This document shows positions 1 through 11,752 of a DNA stretch of 64,000 nt, piece by piece (the first letter of the stretch is position 1; each line of letters opens with the position of its first letter). The notes under the pieces are model-generated. The model did no database searches, was not told the origin of the DNA, and saw nothing but the letters and a program-made list of their open reading frames with translations. This DNA comes from Bryobacterales bacterium (lineage in GTDB: Bacteria; Acidobacteriota; Terriglobia; Bryobacterales; UBA6623): positions 3,691,810-3,755,809 of the forward strand of contig OZ241376.1 in NCBI GenBank assembly GCA_965200705.1, in the 5' to 3' direction. The position numbers and the translations under genes were made by a program.

Positions 1-2305
1 CGGTGATGTTCAGGTCGATCCCTCCGCGGTTGGGGCTGAACACCTGCTGCACGGTGAAGGGCCAGAACTTGCGGAGATCCTGCAGCTCCTGCACGAATGT
101 GGAGTTGTAGAAGATGCCGAAGCCGGCGCGAATCACCGTCTTGTCGTTGTACTGATAGGCAGCGCCCAGCCGCGGGGCGACATCGTTCCTGTCCGATCCG
201 ATCAGGGCGCGTCCCCAGCCGCCAAGGTTCGGGCTTAGCCCGACGACGCGCTCGGCATCACTGGGGATTCGTCCGTCGGCAGGAGCGGGCTGCGGATTCT
301 CAGCCGCCCACAGCAAAGTGCCGAAATACTCGCCGGTGGTGGGCTCGCGACGCACCCAGAGGTTGCCCAGGCGGTCGGTCGTGTCGTACGGACGGCTGCC
401 GAACTGGTACATCAGACCGAGGTTCAGCGTCAGCTTCTGGTTCACGCGCCAGTCGTCCTGGACGAAGCCGATGAGGAAGTGTCCGATCCCGTTGGTGAGC
501 GTGTTGCCCTGGCCGCGGCGAATCTCGGTCGGATATCCGAGCAGTGCGTCGGCCATCGGGAAGCCGCTCAGCTGACCGTTGAACGAGGCGTTCCCATTCA
601 TGGGGTTCGAAGTGTTGGTGTAGAACCGCCGGTAGTGGTACTGGCCGCCGATCTTGAGGTTGTGCCTGCCGGCCACCAGCGATAGGTTGCCGCTCCACTG
701 CCAGATCTCGTCTCCAGTCACGGTGCCGCCTGCACCGCCGCCGGCGTTGTAGGCTCCGAAGCCCATGCTGACCAGCGGTTCGCCAAAGACGTCACGCTGG
801 TACATCTGCAGTCCGGTCTGGTCGATGAACTGGCCGCGTGTGAGCCCGCCCAGGTGCGCCCCGATGCCGGGGTTGTTTGGCTGGTTCGTCCCGAACGTGA
901 GCTGCATGACGGTCGTTGGATTGAAGATGTGGTTCCATGTGCCGCCATAGTTGAACACGTCGAACTCCCTGTTCGCGGAGAAGTTGGGGTTGCTGTTGGG
1001 CTGGAGCCGGTCAGCGTTCTGGTTGCTGAACCGGAAGTACACCGTGTCGTTGTTGTCGATGTTGTAGTCCCAGCGCCAGTGGAGCTGGTCACGGTCGTTC
1101 GCCTGGCTTCGGTTGCCGATGAAGTTGTTCGTGTCGCCTCCGCGGTTCGGTCCGGACGGATGTGTGATCGCGATTGCCGTCGGAATCGTCTGGTTCTGGC
1201 GAGACATGGGAATGGTCGCGTTCGGGAACGCCGTCCCGGAGACCGGATCGATCAGCTGCCCGGCCATCGGCCGAGTGGCGGACGCAGCGATTCCCGAGGC
1301 GATTCGCGAGAAGTCGCCCTGCCTGAAGTCGGCGGGAGGAGTGGAGAACGTCTGCGTGCTGCCGCGACGACGTCGGAATGCCTCCCACGTGGCGTGCCAG
1401 AACATCTTGTTGTTGAGGCCCGGAATTGGGCCGCCCACCGAAGCGCCGAACTGGTTCAGGTTGAACGGCACCCGTTCCGGCGACGAGGCGATCCGAGTCC
1501 GGTTGAAGAAGAACTCGTTGGCGTCGAGCTGGGCGTTGCGGAAGTACTCGTACAGGACGCCGTGGAGTTCCGTCGTGCCCGACTTGATGACCATGTTCAC
1601 GTTCGCTCCCGCCGAGCGAGCGAAGTCGGATCCAGTGTTGGTCGCGATCTTGAACTCCTGGATTGCATCCATCGGCGGTGAGATGCCAGGGGAGTTCATC
1701 ATCTGCATGTTCGAGTCGATGTTGTCGAGCACGTAGTTGTTGTCCTGTGGTCGGCCGCCGTTCACGGAGTAGAGGCCGGTTCCGGACTCGCCCGTCCCTC
1801 GGGACTGACTGCGTCTCCTGGAACTCGTTCCGGGCATGAGCAGGATCAGACGGGTGAAGTTTCGCTGGTTCACAGGGAGGCGCTGTAGCGCCTCGGTGTT
1901 GACCACGTTCCCGACCGACGCTTCCTGCGTCTGCATGATCGGCGCTGCCCCCGTCACTTCGATCGTCTCGGTGACCTCACCGAGGTCCATGACGAAGTTG
2001 ACCTCTAGGACATCGGACACCTGCAGCGTCACGCCGTCGCGGATCTGGGTCTTGAAGCCAGAAGCGGCGGCCATGACACTGTGGTCGCCGGGATTGAGAG
2101 GAAAGACACGGTAGTCGCCAATCTCGTTGGTTTGGACCAGACGTTCCGCACCAGTACTCAGGTTGGTCACCGTGATCTCGGCTGCGGGCACGGCCGCGCC
2201 TGTCGGATCGGTCACAGTGCCGACCAACGTCGCTTGGGACTGCGCGGAGGCACTCCCGGGAGCGAATAGCAAGATCGCCACGGCGATCGGAATCAGATTT
2301 CGCAT
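1..2305 (-). CDS. TonB-dependent receptor with N-terminal carboxypeptidase-regulatory-like domain (3' end runs off the window edge)
   Basis: Not in the ORF track because it has no stop in the window. Manual minus-strand translation from ATG 2305 gives a signal peptide (MRNLIPIAVAILLFAPGSASAQ), GTVTDPTGAAVPAAEITVTN, LPVNQRNFTRL, SVNGGRPQDNNYVLD, DAIQEFKI, VIKSGTTELHGVLYEYFRN, NQFGASVGGPI, QDDWRVNQKLTLNLGLMY and APRLGAAY. GAGGTG RBS lies upstream. Confidence 0.93.
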   Translation of the reverse strand, partial: MRNLIPIAVAILLFAPGSASAQSQATLVGTVTDPTGAAVPAAEITVTNLSTGAERLVQTNEIGDYRVFPLNPGDHSVMAAASGFKTQIRDGVTLQVSDVLEVNFVMDLGEVTETIEVTGAAPIMQTQEASVGNVVNTEALQRLPVNQRNFTRLILLMPGTSSRRRSQSRGTGESGTGLYSVNGGRPQDNNYVLDNIDSNMQMMNSPGISPPMDAIQEFKIATNTGSDFARSAGANVNMVIKSGTTELHGVLYEYFRNAQLDANEFFFNRTRIASSPERVPFNLNQFGASVGGPIPGLNNKMFWHATWEAFRRRRGSTQTFSTPPADFRQGDFSRIASGIAASATRPMAGQLIDPVSGTAFPNATIPMSRQNQTIPTAIAITHPSGPNRGGDTNNFIGNRSQANDRDQLHWRWDYNIDNNDTVYFRFSNQNADRLQPNSNPNFSANREFDVFNYGGTWNHIFNPTTVMQLTFGTNQPNNPGIGAHLGGLTRGQFIDQTGLQMYQRDVFGEPLVSMGFGAYNAGGGAGGTVTGDEIWQWSGNLSLVAGRHNLKIGGQYHYRRFYTNTSNPMNGNASFNGQLSGFPMADALLGYPTEIRRGQGNTLTNGIGHFLIGFVQDDWRVNQKLTLNLGLMYQFGSRPYDTTDRLGNLWVRREPTTGEYFGTLLWAAENPQPAPADGRIPSDAERVVGLSPNLGGWGRALIGSDRNDVAPRLGAAYQYNDKTVIRAGFGIFYNSTFVQELQDLRKFWPFTVQQVFSPNRGGIDLNIT

Positions 2306-3123
2306 ACTCAACACAAGTTACACCTCACCAAATGGACCCCGTTCTGTGGGCCGGCAGTCCCTTCGCACGAATCACGAAGGTCCTGCAGTCCGGCTTGTGG
2401 CGGGATCCTCAACCCAAAAAAAATTCCCACAGTCGGCGTGGACATGCCCTGACGACTGAAATCCAATTCAACATTAGCAGGATGATTGCCTCGGCGCTAA
2501 TCCTGTTCCAAGAGCAGGACGAGATCGGTGCGCGTGAGTCCGTGAGCATGCGGTGCGCCCCAGTCTCTTGGAAAAGGCTCGTTGGGTGCGGTGGACGCTA
2601 GGTGCCCCGCGCACCTGACACGCGTCGTCACCCGACCATTGGATGAGGTCGACCGCGACAGGGCCGCGTTCGAAGCGCGGGACTCCAACCCGGAACTTGT
2701 GCGTCAGCGCTGGGCGGCAGGTGACCGCCAGTTGTGGATCGGAGGCGGCGAACCTCGAGTCTAATCGAGCCGGCAGAGCCCGTCCCGAAGGCTGGAAAGC
2801 CGCATGTTGAGGAAGTCCGCGCTCGAAGGCAGGTTCCTGCGTGGACACAGGCTGGGCGAATTGGACGCGCGATTGAATGGCCGACGGCTCATGGGCAGCT
2901 ACGGCACGATGACATGGCCCTGTGTCAGTGACCGGATCCGGGGATCTTCGGAACGGGAAGGCCGCAACGTCCAACGTGGGAGACGGGTTGCTCCACTCGC
3001 GGCTACCGAGCCCATGCGCCAGCTCCGGCGTAAGTCACTTGCTGGCCCTCGACCGACAACCGGCCCAGAGTCCGTCCATGGTGCGGGTCGCGATCCGGCC
3101 TTAAGTTGCTCGTGTGGAAGCGC

Positions 3124-4812
3124 TTAGGGCCTGATGCCAGCACCTTCGACGACCTCGATGTAGTCTCCAGCGGTCACATCCTCTAGGCGATCGACCGTGC
3201 CAGAGGGCCAGCGGATCTCGATCCATTCAGCCTGCTGTGCGGGGCCCAAGCCGATAAGCTCCCTTGGATCGTGGGACGAGAGGTAGCTGCCACCGCTGGT
3301 ACGGAAGCGGCTGCGCTCGGCGCTGTCCGCCCTCCAGGTGAGGATGGCCCCGGCGGCGAACGGACCGCTCTTTGTTGGCACCAAGCGCAGGCCTATCCAG
3401 CCGTGACCGGCCTCCGTGTCGTTTCGCAGTAGCATCGGCGGTTCCCCGTTGTTCGAGACCAGCACGTCGCCATCGCCGTCGTTGTCGTAGTCGCCGACCG
3501 CCAGGCCGCGCGACGAATGGGGCTCATTGAAGACATCGCCGGCGCTGCCGCTGATCTTGCGGTAGTCCCCGCCTGTGTTCTCAAACAGCAGCAGTCGCAT
3601 CCGGTGCGTCACGAGCGGCTTGAAGAGGCCGATCATGTCGTCGGGGTGGCCGTTCGCGAGGATCAGGTCCGGGTCGCCGTCGCTGTCGAAGTCGAAGAAC
3701 TTGAGGCCCCAGCCGCTGAACAATCTGGTCTCCTTGCGCACCTCTACTGAGGCGTCGTGGAAGTCCTGGCCCTCCAGGTTCCTGTAGAGGCTGAACATCT
3801 CCTGGTCGATGTTCGACACGAAGAGGTCCTGCCAGCCGTCAGCGTCGTAGTCCGCCGCGTCGACCCCCATGCCGGACCTCGCCAGTCCGGCGTCGCTGTA
3901 GGCGACGCCCATCAGCAGCCCCTCCTCCGAGAACATCCCGTTGCCTTGGTTTACGAACAAGAAGTTCTGGATCGTGTCGTTCGCCACGAAGAGATCCAGG
4001 GACCCGTCTTGATTGATGTCCGTCGCGACGGCGCCGAAGGACTTGCTGCCGACGCTGGAGATCTCGGACTCGTCGCTGGTGTCGCGGAATGTTCCGTCCC
4101 CGTTGTTGCGGAACAGCAGGCACTTGGTGGGTCGGAACGAACGTGGGATGCAGTAGTGACGCCTGCCCGCTTCGTTGTCGCCGCAGTACTTGGACTCCTC
4201 ACGGCTGTACGACACGAAGCCGGCTACGAACAGGTCCAGGTGCGAGTCGTTGTCGTAGTCGAACCAGACCGCGTTCGTGTACCAGCCCCTCGATTCGAGG
4301 CCGGCCTCCTCCGTGATGTCCGCGAAGGTGCCGTCGCCCTTGTTCCTGTACAGGATGTTGCGTCCGTAGGCGGTGACGAAGAGGTCCGTGTCGCCGTCGT
4401 GGTCGTAGTCGGCCGCGAATGCACCCATCCCGAATGTGCCGCCTTGGACTCCAGCCGCCTCCGTGACATCGGTGAACGTTCCGTCACGGTTGTTGCGGTA
4501 CAGCGCGTTGGAAAGAGGCTGCTCGGGTTCGTAGAAGTCGGACGGGCCGCTGTTGACCAAGTAGATGTCCATCCATCCATCGCCGTCGAAGTCGAGGAAC
4601 GCGCAGCCGGGCGAAACCGTTTCGGGCAGGTGCCGCTCCGCAGACATGGCGTTGGTGTGCGTCCAGTGGATGCCGCTGGACTCGGGGGCGACCCGGTGGA
4701 ACCGGATTCCTGAGTCAGAGGCCTGAGCCAAGGACAGGTGTGGTACGAGACCCAGGCACACCAGTGCCGCACCGACCGTAAGCGACCGAAGTGCTGGATT
4801 GCGTGACCTCAT
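3124..4812 (-). CDS. CRTAC1-family protein (FG-GAP/VCBS beta-propeller plus ASPIC/UnbV domain), Sec signal
   Basis: Repeated DxDxDGxxD motifs, [10 protein letters not shown] repeats and C-terminal [17 protein letters not shown]...IRWPSG. Start trimmed to the Met before the signal peptide. Confidence 0.9.
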   Translation of the reverse strand: MRSRNPALRSLTVGAALVCLGLVPHLSLAQASDSGIRFHRVAPESSGIHWTHTNAMSAERHLPETVSPGCAFLDFDGDGWMDIYLVNSGPSDFYEPEQPLSNALYRNNRDGTFTDVTEAAGVQGGTFGMGAFAADYDHDGDTDLFVTAYGRNILYRNKGDGTFADITEEAGLESRGWYTNAVWFDYDNDSHLDLFVAGFVSYSREESKYCGDNEAGRRHYCIPRSFRPTKCLLFRNNGDGTFRDTSDESEISSVGSKSFGAVATDINQDGSLDLFVANDTIQNFLFVNQGNGMFSEEGLLMGVAYSDAGLARSGMGVDAADYDADGWQDLFVSNIDQEMFSLYRNLEGQDFHDASVEVRKETRLFSGWGLKFFDFDSDGDPDLILANGHPDDMIGLFKPLVTHRMRLLLFENTGGDYRKISGSAGDVFNEPHSSRGLAVGDYDNDGDGDVLVSNNGEPPMLLRNDTEAGHGWIGLRLVPTKSGPFAAGAILTWRADSAERSRFRTSGGSYLSSHDPRELIGLGPAQQAEWIEIRWPSGTVDRLEDVTAGDYIEVVEGAGIRP

Positions 4813-4843
4813 TGGTGGAGATTCGAGTGGCGTGGCTGCGATG

Positions 4844-6061
4844 TCATTGCTCGGGCATCGAAAGGGCCCGGCCATCGTAGAGGTGGTCCACGCCCTGCAG
4901 ATCCCGCTCCTGCTGTTCGGCGTTGAGTGTCGCAATGATTTCCTGCTGCTTGCGGAATAGGTCCGGACGCTTCTGCTTGGCGTAGGCGCGGGCCAGCATC
5001 ACGTGGGCTGGAGCGAAGGAGGGATGTGTCTCCACAACCCGTTTGAGCAGCGTCACCGCCTCGGCCCAACTGCCGTGCGAGGTGTGGGCCTGGGCCAGGA
5101 GGTACTGGACGCCGCTGTCGCCTTGGTTCAGGGCGTAGGCAGTTTCCAGCAGGCGCAGGGCATAGTCCAGGTCGCCATCCTGTTGAACAATCCATCCGAG
5201 GAACGCATTGGCGTTGAAGTCGCCGGGGTTGATCTCCAGTTCGGCGCGAAACTCCGCTGCCGCTCGCTCGCGTCTGCCCTCGTACAGAAGGGCGACTCCG
5301 GTCTGGGAGTGAAGCATCGGAAGCCGTTGGCCTGAGGATCTCGCCCTCTCCAGAGCGGATAGGGCTCCCTTGTAGTCCTTCCTTGCGAGACGCAGGGACC
5401 CCTTGATCAGCAGGGCTTCGGGCCCTTCATCAACCGCAAGGTGTCGATCAACCAGGGTCTGGGCTTCGGTGATCTGGCCGTTGTTGATGTAGGCGGATCC
5501 CAGGGTGTACGCGGCCTGCCGGTTCGGGGGAGCGGACCGAAGGACCTTCTCGAGCGCATCGATGCCCAGCGGCAGCTTGTTGAGCTTCAGCAGGCAGAGG
5601 CCGAGCAGGTGAAGCGCTTGGTGGTTGGACGATTGCTGCTGGCAGACCCATTCGAGCTCAGTGCGAGCCTCCGGGAACCGGCCGGCCTGGAAGTATGCCA
5701 GGCCGAGGTAGTACGCAACACCGGGATGCTGCGGCGCGAGCCTGCGAGCCTTCTGAAGCCCTGGAATCGCTTCCAACGGACGGCCCTGCCGCAGGACCGC
5801 GAGCGCCAGAGTCGAAACTGCATCGACCCGGTCCGGCGCGAGCCTCACGGCCTCCTTGAATGCCGTGACTGCGCCCGCGATGTCTCCGGCCTGCTGGAGC
5901 TGAGCCCCGCGAGCCAGCGCGGCGTCCGCAGTCTGGGCCGATGCCACGGCCGGAAGCCACGCCAGGGCAAGCACGTAGGCAAGCGCGACGGTACTTCGGG
6001 GCACTGGCAACCAGCGGAGCCTTGGCTCACCGACCACTTGCGCCACGGTGGCGCGGCACAT
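4844..6061 (-). CDS. Exported tetratricopeptide-repeat protein
   Basis: C-terminal ~405 aa of the 986-aa ORF: signal-like [17 protein letters not shown], then TPR repeats ([32 protein letters not shown]). The rest of that ORF is an antisense shadow of 6197..7969. Start approximate. Confidence 0.85.
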   Translation of the reverse strand: MCRATVAQVVGEPRLRWLPVPRSTVALAYVLALAWLPAVASAQTADAALARGAQLQQAGDIAGAVTAFKEAVRLAPDRVDAVSTLALAVLRQGRPLEAIPGLQKARRLAPQHPGVAYYLGLAYFQAGRFPEARTELEWVCQQQSSNHQALHLLGLCLLKLNKLPLGIDALEKVLRSAPPNRQAAYTLGSAYINNGQITEAQTLVDRHLAVDEGPEALLIKGSLRLARKDYKGALSALERARSSGQRLPMLHSQTGVALLYEGRRERAAAEFRAELEINPGDFNANAFLGWIVQQDGDLDYALRLLETAYALNQGDSGVQYLLAQAHTSHGSWAEAVTLLKRVVETHPSFAPAHVMLARAYAKQKRPDLFRKQQEIIATLNAEQQERDLQGVDHLYDGRALSMPEQ

Positions 6062-6196
6062 CCGCCGTTGGCTACGGCCTCCGGTCGCACCTACTCTAAC
6101 GCGTTGATTGGGAGTCCGTGGACGAACGGGCGACCGTGGCGTCGTTGGCCTGATGTCCATGCATGGGCGCTTCACAGTCGCTCCTAGAATGACGGC

Positions 6197-7969
6197 ATGG
6201 ACCGCAGGCTCACCCGCCGGCAGATCCTGGCTCTGGCGGCTGCCGGTTCCGCTAGGTTGCACGGCCAAGGGGTTGCTTCGCGGGGCGTGCGTCCTCAGGC
6301 TCGGCCGCGGTCGTCGGGCCTGCCGTTCCATGCGCACCTTACGGACGTGGCGCAGACGGCCGGTCTGACCAAGCCGACCGTATATGGCTCTCCCGATGAT
6401 CCGAAGTACATCCTCGAAGTGATCGGCTGCGGAGCCGCTTTCCTCGACTACGACAACGACGGCTGGCTCGACATCTTCATCCTGAACGGACGGACGCTCG
6501 ATGGTGTCCCGGACGGCGCCACGAACCGGCTGTACCGCAACAACCGTGACGGGACGTTCACGGACGTGACCGACGACGCTGGGCTGACCCGCAGCGGCTG
6601 GGCCAGCGCCGTGTGCGTGGGCGACTACAGCAACAGCGGGTTCGACGACCTGTTCATCACCTACTGGGGACGGAACGTCCTCTACAGGAACAACGGCGAC
6701 GGGACGTTCACGGACGTGACCGACGAAGTCGGCTTGCCCCGGGACGAGAAGCAGTGGGGATCCGGCTGCACGTTCATCGATAGCACCAGGGACGGCAACC
6801 TGGACCTGTTCGTTGCGAACTATCTCGACTTCGACTTCGATGGTGTCCCGCTTCCGGGCGAGTCCTCGGTTTGCATTTGGCAGGGGGTGGCGGTGGTCTG
6901 CGGACCAAGGGGGCTCCGTCGCGGCACGAACAGGTTCTACCGGAACAACGGCGACGGGACGTTCACGGACGCGAGCGAGGAGTCGGGCATTGCGTCGGCT
7001 AAGGACAGCTACGCGTTGACCGCCGTGGCTGCCGACTTCGACGGGGACGGCTGGCAGGACATCTTCGTGGCATGCGACTCCAGTCCGAGCCTGTTCTTCC
7101 GCAACAACCACGACGGGACGTTTGCGGAGGAAGCGCTGGAGCGTGGCTGCGCCGTTAGTGAGGACGGCGCCGAGCAGGCTGGCATGGGACTCGGGATCGG
7201 CGACTACGACCTTGACGGCCAGCTCGACCTCTTCAAGACGCACTTCGCCGATGACACGAACATCCTCTACCGGAACGATGGCGAAGGGTACTTCGATGAC
7301 ATGACTCTCCGCTCCGGGATCGGCGTCGAGACGCGGTACGTGGGCTGGGGCGCGGGGATCACGGACCTCGACAACGACGGGCTGCCAGATATCTTCTTTG
7401 TGACCGGCAGCGTATACCCGCAGGTAGAGCGGGAGCTGGAGCGCTATCCCGCTGCGACCCCGCGAGTGGTCTTCCGGAACTTGGGAGGAGGGAAGTTCGA
7501 GCAGCTGTTCACCGAGGCCGGTCCAGCGATTGCCGAAGCGAAGAGCAGCAGGGGATGCGCGTTCGGCGACTTCGACAACGACGGCGACGTTGACATCCTC
7601 GTGGTCAACCTCAACGAGCTCCCGTCGCTGCTCAGGAACGACGTATCGGGCGGCGGCAATTGGCTGAAGGTGAAGCTCGTGGGGACGACGTCCAACCGCA
7701 GCGCCATCGGTGCCACTGTGATTGCCACCTACGGCGACCGCACGCAGGCCCGCGTAGTGCTCAGCCAGTCGAGCTTCCATTCGGCTAGCGATTTCCGTCT
7801 CCACTTCGGTCTCGGCGGCGAGACCAGTGCGGAACTGGAGGTGCGATGGCCCTCAGGCCAGTCCGAAACGTACAAGGCGGTGGGCGCGAACGCTCTGGTC
7901 CGAATCGAGGAAGGCAAAGGCATCGTGGCCCGTGAGGAGTGGGACACGGGACATCGCCTCGACAGCTGA
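6197..7969 (+). CDS. CRTAC1-family protein (FG-GAP plus ASPIC/UnbV), Tat signal
   Basis: TRRQILALAAAG twin-arginine leader, DYDNDGWLD repeats, SNRSAIGA and LHFGLG...VRWPSG. Confidence 0.93.
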   Translation: MDRRLTRRQILALAAAGSARLHGQGVASRGVRPQARPRSSGLPFHAHLTDVAQTAGLTKPTVYGSPDDPKYILEVIGCGAAFLDYDNDGWLDIFILNGRTLDGVPDGATNRLYRNNRDGTFTDVTDDAGLTRSGWASAVCVGDYSNSGFDDLFITYWGRNVLYRNNGDGTFTDVTDEVGLPRDEKQWGSGCTFIDSTRDGNLDLFVANYLDFDFDGVPLPGESSVCIWQGVAVVCGPRGLRRGTNRFYRNNGDGTFTDASEESGIASAKDSYALTAVAADFDGDGWQDIFVACDSSPSLFFRNNHDGTFAEEALERGCAVSEDGAEQAGMGLGIGDYDLDGQLDLFKTHFADDTNILYRNDGEGYFDDMTLRSGIGVETRYVGWGAGITDLDNDGLPDIFFVTGSVYPQVERELERYPAATPRVVFRNLGGGKFEQLFTEAGPAIAEAKSSRGCAFGDFDNDGDVDILVVNLNELPSLLRNDVSGGGNWLKVKLVGTTSNRSAIGATVIATYGDRTQARVVLSQSSFHSASDFRLHFGLGGETSAELEVRWPSGQSETYKAVGANALVRIEEGKGIVAREEWDTGHRLDS

Positions 7970-8099
7970 GAGGTTCGACCGGGCGCGAAAGGTGTCTTGG
8001 TCCGCCAGAACGGCCAAGTTGGCGAAGAACGGGGCCTAACCCGGCGAATGTCGGCCCGTCGGGCTCACCGCCGCACCTCCAATCGAAGGAAATAGGCCC

Positions 8100-8129
8100 T
8101 TGACCTCAGGGATTGGGTACGTGTACCGT
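8100..8129 (+). promoter_or_regulatory. Possible sigma70 promoter for the TonB receptor at 8330
   Basis: TTGACC-N18-TACCGT; weak -10 match. Confidence 0.3.
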
Positions 8130-8329
8130 CTCGTTAGCCTTGGGCGACTCTCGCTCGGGAGTCGACCTCAGGGCTAAGGCGACGGGCGAGGATTCAAGCG
8201 CTTGAGCGGTTGCTCTCCAACTTCATAGGACTTCATCTCACCCGCATGGTTCGTCCGGATCTGCCCAGGGCTGGGCAGGCGGACGAAGTCTGGATTTCGT
8301 CACGGAACGGAAGTTCATAGGGAGGAACC

Positions 8330-11300
8330 ATGATTCTTCGCAAGGCCTTGCTGGTCTCGCTTTGCGTGTTCTTGAGCGCGAGCGCGGCCCTAGCCCAGGT
8401 GTCCGGCCGAATGTCGGGCACCGTCACAGATCCAACCGGCCAGGTGATTCTCGCCGCTGACGTCACCGTCACCAACACTGGCACCTCGGAGGAACGCAGT
8501 GTCCAGTCCAATGAGGCTGGCAACTTCGTGGTGGCAGCGCTGCCGCCGTCGGTGTATTCGATATCGGTACAGGCGGAGGGATTCCAGTCGTACGAGCAGA
8601 CGGGCATCATCATCAGCGCCGACCAGGCTCTCGCGCTCGGCAACATCCCGCTCTCGATCGGCGCAGTGACCGAGACGGTCACGGTCCAAGCCGAGGGCGC
8701 AGCCGTCGAGACCGACTCGGCGGGGGTCAACGCATTGCTCACGAGCAACCAGATGGATGGCCTGATGCAGCGCGGGCGCGACATCGTAGCGTTGCTCACC
8801 GTTCTGCCCGGAGTTGCTCAGGTCGCGAACAGCGATGCCCTGGGAGGCAACTGGGGCTCACGCACGCCGATACTTCTCGGGCGCGAGGAACGGCTGGAAC
8901 AACTTCATGCTCGACGGCATGCCCGGCAACGACATCGACGACACCACCACGTTCCACGTGTCCGTCAGCATGGACGCCATCCAGGAGGTGAGCGTTAAGT
9001 CGACGGCCTACCAGGCCGAGTACGGGCGCGTGCCGGGTGCGCAGGTCAACATCATCTCGAAGTCTGGCACCAACGAATTCCACGGGTCCGGGTACTGGTT
9101 CAAGCGCAACGAGGTGCTCAACGCGAACTCGTTCGACAACAACCGGTTTGGCTCCGACAAGCCTCCGTACCGGTTCGACACGTTCGGAGGAGTGCTCGGC
9201 GGCCCGATTCAGAAGGACAAGACGTTCTTCTTCGTGAGCCGCGAGGACTGGAGGATCCAGAAGCCGAGCCGTCGCCACCGCGCCACGGTGACTTCTCGAG
9301 CTCCGTCGAGCAGGACGGCACTCTGATCCCCATCATGGACCACATGACCGGGATGCAGTTCCCGAACAACATGGTCCCCTCGCACAGGATCCACCCGGCT
9401 GGCCAGGGAATCCTGAACTTCATGCCGAACCCCACCGACCAGGGACTCTTCGCCGACCAGGGCATCAACTACACAGAGCTGTCCCCTTCGGCGCACCCGA
9501 AGGGCCAGTGGCAGTTCAAGGTCGACTACGTGCCGACCCCGAACGACCGGATCACCTTCCGGCCGCGGTTCTGGAATGCCGACATCCAGGCCCAGCGCGA
9601 GTCCGTCGCGTTCAACGCTTTCAACGACAGCATCTTCAAGCAGGCCCACCACTACGAGTACATCAACAAGAACCTGCAGGGCATCTACAACAAGACCCTG
9701 TCTCCGACCCTCGTGAACGAGTTCCGTCTGGGTCTTGGCCTGAGTCGCGAGTCGGGAGCTCTCAACGACGACTTCATGTTGGAGAACCTGCGCAAGGACA
9801 ACTATCCGGGCCTGTCGGAGCTGGGCCAGCTGTTCCCGTCGGCGAATCCGTTGAATCTCGTCCCTCGCATGACCTTCGACGGCGTCCCGAACGGACCGAG
9901 GGTCGACTACGATCGGCGCACCCCGATCGCCGCCCATGACGAGCGCATCGTTCTTTCAAACAACCTGAGTTGGTTCAAGGGTGACCATACGATCAAGGCC
10001 GGCTTCTACTGGGAGCTGAACCACGCTAGCGAAGGCCCTCGGTCGAGCAACCCTGGCCACATGGGCACATTCGAATTTCGGCGCAGCAACCTGAACCCCT
10101 TCGACTCGAACCACCCGTTCGCAACTGCGCTGTTGGGCGACTTCTACTCGTACTCCGAGTCCAGCGGCCAGACCGAGGGCCTTGCGGCCTCGTACACGGT
10201 CGAGTGGTTTGTCCAGGACACGTGGAAGATCACGCCCAAGCTGACGCTGGACGTGGGCGTGCGGTTCTCGACCTTCACCCCTTGGAGACTGCGCGAGAAC
10301 GAGGGTTCGGCCTTTGCGGTAAGTCGCTACGATTCGAGCACCGCGCCACACCTGTACCAGCCCTACTTGGACTCGAGTGGCAAGCGCGTCGCCATCGACC
10401 CCTTCACGGGCACGATCTTCCCGACGCCATATATCGGAGCGACGATCCCTGGACAGGGGGAACGCCTGAACGGGCTCATAGTCGGCGACGGGTCCGCGGA
10501 CTACCTGCACGGCTACCGGGAGCGGCCGGCCATCCAGCCGCAGCCGCGCCTCGGCTTCGCCTACGATCCGTTCGGCAAGGGCAAGACCGCGATCCGTGGC
10601 TCGTTCGCCGTGCAGTCGCAGGCAATTATGGGTGCCCAGGGGTCGATGTGGACCGTCACGACGTCGCCTCCCATCCTGGAGTCCCCGAACATCTACTTCG
10701 GCAGCATGAACACTTTCCTGAACGCAGGACAGGCCCTGTTCCCGCCCGGTGTGAAGTCGTTCCAGCCGGAGTTCAACCCGCCTGCCATCTACCAGTACAG
10801 CTTCGGTGTGCAGCAGGACATCGGTGCCGGTACGGTGCTGGACGTGAGCTACGTCGGCAACAGCGGCAGAAGGCTCTACGCCGTGCGCGAACTCAATCAG
10901 CTTCCTCCGGGAACACGGTTCCTTGACTCCAGCCAGGACTCGACGACGGGCGGCGTCCTGCCCATCGCGTTCCTGCGGCCCTATCGCGGGTACCAGAGCA
11001 TCAACTATCAGGAGAACACGAGCTACTCGAACTACAACGCGTTGCAGCTAAGCCTGAACCGTAGGTACACCAGCAACTTCCAATACGGAATCGCCTACAC
11101 CTGGTCCAAGGCGATGGGCCTGGGCGACCACGACCGAGATGCCCTGCCGCAGTTCCGCGGAGCACGGGAGTATCTCTACGGCAAGCTGGAGTTCGACCAG
11201 ACGCACATGTTCGTGGCCAACTACCTCTGGAGCATCCCCAATGCCAGGGTCTTCGCGACGAACCCCGCCGCGAAGGCCGTCTTCCACCACTGGGAGATCG

Positions 11301-11752
11301 CTGGGATCATCACCATGGCGAGCGGATTCCCCCGAGGTATCGGCCTCAACTACACGGACGGTGTCGACCGCTGGGGCGGAGGCGACAGCCCGAGAGTCAA
11401 CATGGTGGCGAACCCCATCATTTCGAACAAGACGTTCGACCGATGGTTCAACACGGAATCCGTCGCTGGACCTGGCGTCGGGGACTTCGGGAACGCTCCC
11501 AGGGACGTCTTCCGCAGCCCGGGCCTCAGCAGCTGGGACATCACGGTGTACAAGTACTTCCCGATCACCGAAAGCGCCAGGTTCCGGTTCGCGATGGAAG
11601 CCTACAACATGTTCAACCACACGCAGTTCGACAGCGTGGACGGTAACGCCCGCTTCGATGCGTCCGGTGCGCAGATCAACGGCAACTTCGGACGCGTGAC
11701 ATCCGCTCGGGGACCGCGTATTATGCAGGCCTCGTTGCGGTTCGAATTTTGA
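8330..11752 (+). pseudogene. TonB-dependent receptor (carboxypeptidase-regulatory-domain type) split by two frameshifts
   Basis: ORFs 8330..8998, 8814..9326 and 9335..11752 carry consecutive receptor motifs (GTVTDPTG; DAIQEVSV...ISKSGTNEFHGSGYWFKRN; QDTWKITPKLTLDVGVRF...QASLRFEF). Breaks at ~8870 and ~9285. GGAGG RBS. Could be a sequencing or assembly error. Confidence 0.88.

Noticed and set aside
2474-3120. Several overlapping short ORFs between the TonB receptor and CRTAC1 genes
   Set aside because: No RBS, motif or codon-bias support for any frame.
6530-6970. Recurring AACAACGGCGACGGGACGTTCACGGACG-like repeats
   Set aside because: These encode the NNGDGTFTD blades of the FG-GAP propeller, not a DNA-level repeat system.
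6062-7804. N-terminal ~580 aa of the 986-aa minus-strand ORF
   Set aside because: Antisense shadow of the CRTAC1 gene 6197..7969; only the TPR part is protein-like.
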